Shown here piece by piece: positions 62,126 to 64,000 of a stretch of DNA of 64,000 bases. Each line of letters begins with the position of its first letter. Position 1 is the first letter of the stretch. The stretch is taken from the NCBI GenBank assembly GCA_031271905.1, contig JAISUT010000047.1, positions 26,350 to 90,349 of the forward strand, in the 5' to 3' direction. This DNA is from Acidobacteriota bacterium (GTDB taxonomy: Bacteria; Acidobacteriota; UBA6911). Below the pieces are notes generated by a model. The model was not told the DNA's origin, did no database searches, and worked only from the letters and a program-made list of their open reading frames with translations. A program made the position numbers and the translations under genes.

Positions 62126-63214
62126 TCAATCCCCCGCGCCCAGCTCGCGCAACATCCCCTCCACCTTCCCGGGCTTGACCGGGTAGCCCACGTCCCGCAC
62201 CGCGTCCATCATGGCGGCGACGTTCTCCTGCGGGCTTTCCACGGGCAGGCTGCACCCGGACATCACCACGTAGCCCTTGGGGGAGTCGTAGGCGGCGAGG
62301 ATGCACTCCAGCGTCTTGCGCCGCACGTCGGCGGGGGTGCCCGCGTACATCACCGTGGACGGATCCACGTTGCCCAGCATCTTCGTCCTGCCGCCGATGG
62401 CACGGCAGCATTTCTTCAGATCCACCACGTTGTCCACGCTGAAGCCGCCGACCCCGAGGTCGGCGATGTCGTCCCAAATCTCGGTCGTGTCGCCGCAGAT
62501 GTGGATGACCGGCACCTTGCCTTTGCCCTTGATGAAATCCACCAGCTCCTTCAGGCAGGGGAGCGAGTATTCGCGGAAGGTGGCGGGGCTCACGACCGTG
62601 CAGGAGGACATCGGCTCGGAGATGGTGACGCCCAGCCCCTTGGCGATCGTCGCCGCCGCGTAGGCTTTGCAGGTCTCCAAGGAGACCCGGCACAGCTTCC
62701 TCATGGCGTCCGGGTTTTTCTTGAACAGTCGGAGCGCCTCGTTCACCCCGTAGAGGAAGAAGGCGTTCGTGAACGGGCCGGCCAGCGACCCGGAGCAAGG
62801 GACTTCGCCGCCGACGCGGTCCACCAAGCGATCCATCGCCTCCAGTTGGACCGCCAGCCGTCCGCCCTTGTACGGGTCGGCGGGGACGAGCCGGTCGATG
62901 TCCTTGACGTCGCCGACCGCCGGCCGCGCCAGGTCGGCCGTGTCGTCGTCGGGTTTGACCACCTCCGCCCCCATCGCCTCCGCCCAGGGGAACAGGTCGG
63001 TGAATATCCTGACGCTGTCGTAGCCGAACTTCCGGTAGGCGGCGACCTGCGCCTCGGCCTGCGCCTTGGGGTCGGTGTTGAACTCGGAGATCTTGCACCC
63101 GTAGATCCGCGCCACGCCGTTGGCGATGTTGGGGTTCACCGGCAGGCGATCCACCTCGCCCCCCGCCGCGAGGGCGGCTGCCCGCTCCAGCGGCGTCATT
63201 GCGTCTTTTTTCAT
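62126..63214 (-). CDS. methylcobamide methyltransferase of the MtaA/CmuA (uroporphyrinogen decarboxylase-like) family
   Basis: 362 aa. URO-D-like TIM barrel with Zn-ligand motifs (HICGDT, MSGCSLP). Confidence 0.8.
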   Translation of the reverse strand: MKKDAMTPLERAAALAAGGEVDRLPVNPNIANGVARIYGCKISEFNTDPKAQAEAQVAAYRKFGYDSVRIFTDLFPWAEAMGAEVVKPDDDTADLARPAVGDVKDIDRLVPADPYKGGRLAVQLEAMDRLVDRVGGEVPCSGSLAGPFTNAFFLYGVNEALRLFKKNPDAMRKLCRVSLETCKAYAAATIAKGLGVTISEPMSSCTVVSPATFREYSLPCLKELVDFIKGKGKVPVIHICGDTTEIWDDIADLGVGGFSVDNVVDLKKCCRAIGGRTKMLGNVDPSTVMYAGTPADVRRKTLECILAAYDSPKGYVVMSGCSLPVESPQENVAAMMDAVRDVGYPVKPGKVEGMLRELGAGD

Positions 63215-63256
63215 GGCATGCCTCCTTTACAGGCGTCCTTTGCCGTCAAGGTTCCG

Positions 63257-64000
63257 TCAGTTGTTGAGCGTCCAGTGCAATATCCTGGCCTTGAGCCGGT
63301 CGAACCCGTGCATGATGACGACCAGGACGACGGACACGAAGAAGAACCCCAGCATCACCAGGTCGAACCGCGCGAAGTCCGAGTAATACTGGATGAAGAA
63401 AGCCATCCCCGACTTGGCGCCGAACATCTCCGCCACCGCCAGCATCATGAACGAGAGCGTCAGGGCGATGGAGCAGCCGACGAGGATGGTGGGCGACGCC
63501 GCAGGCAGGATGACGCGGAACAGCTTCGTGCGCGGCGGCATCTCCAGCATCGCGGCGTTCTCCAGGTAGCGCCGGTCGATGCTCATGACCGCGCCGATGG
63601 TCGTCCCCAGGATGACCCAGAAGGCCGCCAGCCAGATCAGGAAGATCGAGGCGGCCTTGAACGTGGGGAAGATGTGGATGGCGTAAGGGGTCAACAGCGG
63701 CACGGGGATGGCGCTGAAGGCGTTGATGTACGGCGTCAGGTTGCGCCGCAGGATGTTCTTCAGCCCGATCAACGTCCCCAAGGATATCGCCATGGCCACC
63801 GCCAGAACGTAGGCGGTGACCAAGAGGAACAACGAGCTTTGCAAGCCTTCCAGCAACTGCCCCGTGTAGCCGGGCGTGAGCCGGACCACCTTCCCCAGGC
63901 TGGGGAACAGGAACGGCGGCAGGACTTGGAAGCCGTCGGTCAGAAGGACGTAGCCGACGACCAGCAAGACGCCGATGAAGATGACCCCTTGGTATCTCTT
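63257..64000 (-). CDS. ABC transporter permease (NitT/TauT-like binding-protein-dependent family), partial because cut by the window end
   Basis: Multi-TM with an EAA-like loop (...IDRRYLENAAMLEMPPRTKLFRVILPAA...). Confidence 0.7.
   Translation of the reverse strand, partial: KRYQGVIFIGVLLVVGYVLLTDGFQVLPPFLFPSLGKVVRLTPGYTGQLLEGLQSSLFLLVTAYVLAVAMAISLGTLIGLKNILRRNLTPYINAFSAIPVPLLTPYAIHIFPTFKAASIFLIWLAAFWVILGTTIGAVMSIDRRYLENAAMLEMPPRTKLFRVILPAASPTILVGCSIALTLSFMMLAVAEMFGAKSGMAFFIQYYSDFARFDLVMLGFFFVSVVLVVIMHGFDRLKARILHWTLNN

Overview
This is a high-GC (~67%) chromosomal window from an anaerobe, with densely packed genes on both strands. The anaerobe call rests on a reverse rubrerythrin, a flavin-reductase/rubredoxin fusion, a double CoA-enzyme activase, a radical SAM enzyme and a corrinoid methyltransferase pair. 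The taxon is unclear: long-leader prepilins hint at the PVC (Planctomycetes-Verrucomicrobia-Chlamydiae) superphylum or a delta-proteobacterium. I call about 60 CDS; the main blocks are listed below.

- **Coding blocks:**
  - A Na+-decarboxylase fragment (beta N-terminus, biotin carrier, OadG-like subunit).
  - A c-di-GMP operon (hybrid histidine kinase, EAL/HDOD, sensor GGDEF).
  - Housekeeping genes: prmA, xylA, serC, tsaC, leuB, DAHP synthase.
  - A type II secretion / type IV pilus-like cluster: three long-leader prepilin-type proteins, a PilM-PilN fusion, PilO-like, GspE, GspF, PilP-like and a secretin.
  - The secretin gene is translationally coupled to MoxR, a DUF58 protein and a TgpA-like transglutaminase, followed by an FTR1 iron permease.
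  - Reverse rubrerythrin, efp and a PilZ protein.
  - The conserved truB-rbfA-DUF503-infB-nusA-rimP block.
  - A 1426-aa double CoA-enzyme activase with an exported partner protein.
  - A DUF937 protein, an FtsX-type ABC exporter with DUF4418, and a porin.
  - A corrinoid protein plus MtaA-like methyltransferase, and an ABC permease cut by the window edge.
- **Interspersed repeat family (main non-genic signal):** seven copies of a ~120-bp element, all intergenic, in both orientations. Each is bounded by 17-bp terminal inverted repeats (GGGAACCTCTAAAAACC ... GGTTTTTAGAGGTTCCC). One copy is a 63-bp internally deleted form, and two copies supply the stop codon and C-terminal tail of the adjacent gene.
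- **Palindromes:** four perfect 16-bp CRP-type sites (TGTGA-N6-TCACA) sit within 5 kb, upstream of the DAHP synthase gene and the pilin-like genes.
- **Other signals:** several intrinsic terminators, two probable leaderless TATAAT-ATG arrangements, a truncated amidohydrolase fragment flanked by 14-bp direct repeats, a G11 homopolymer tract, and a low-GC orphan gene.

I found no rRNA, tRNA or CRISPR array by eye.
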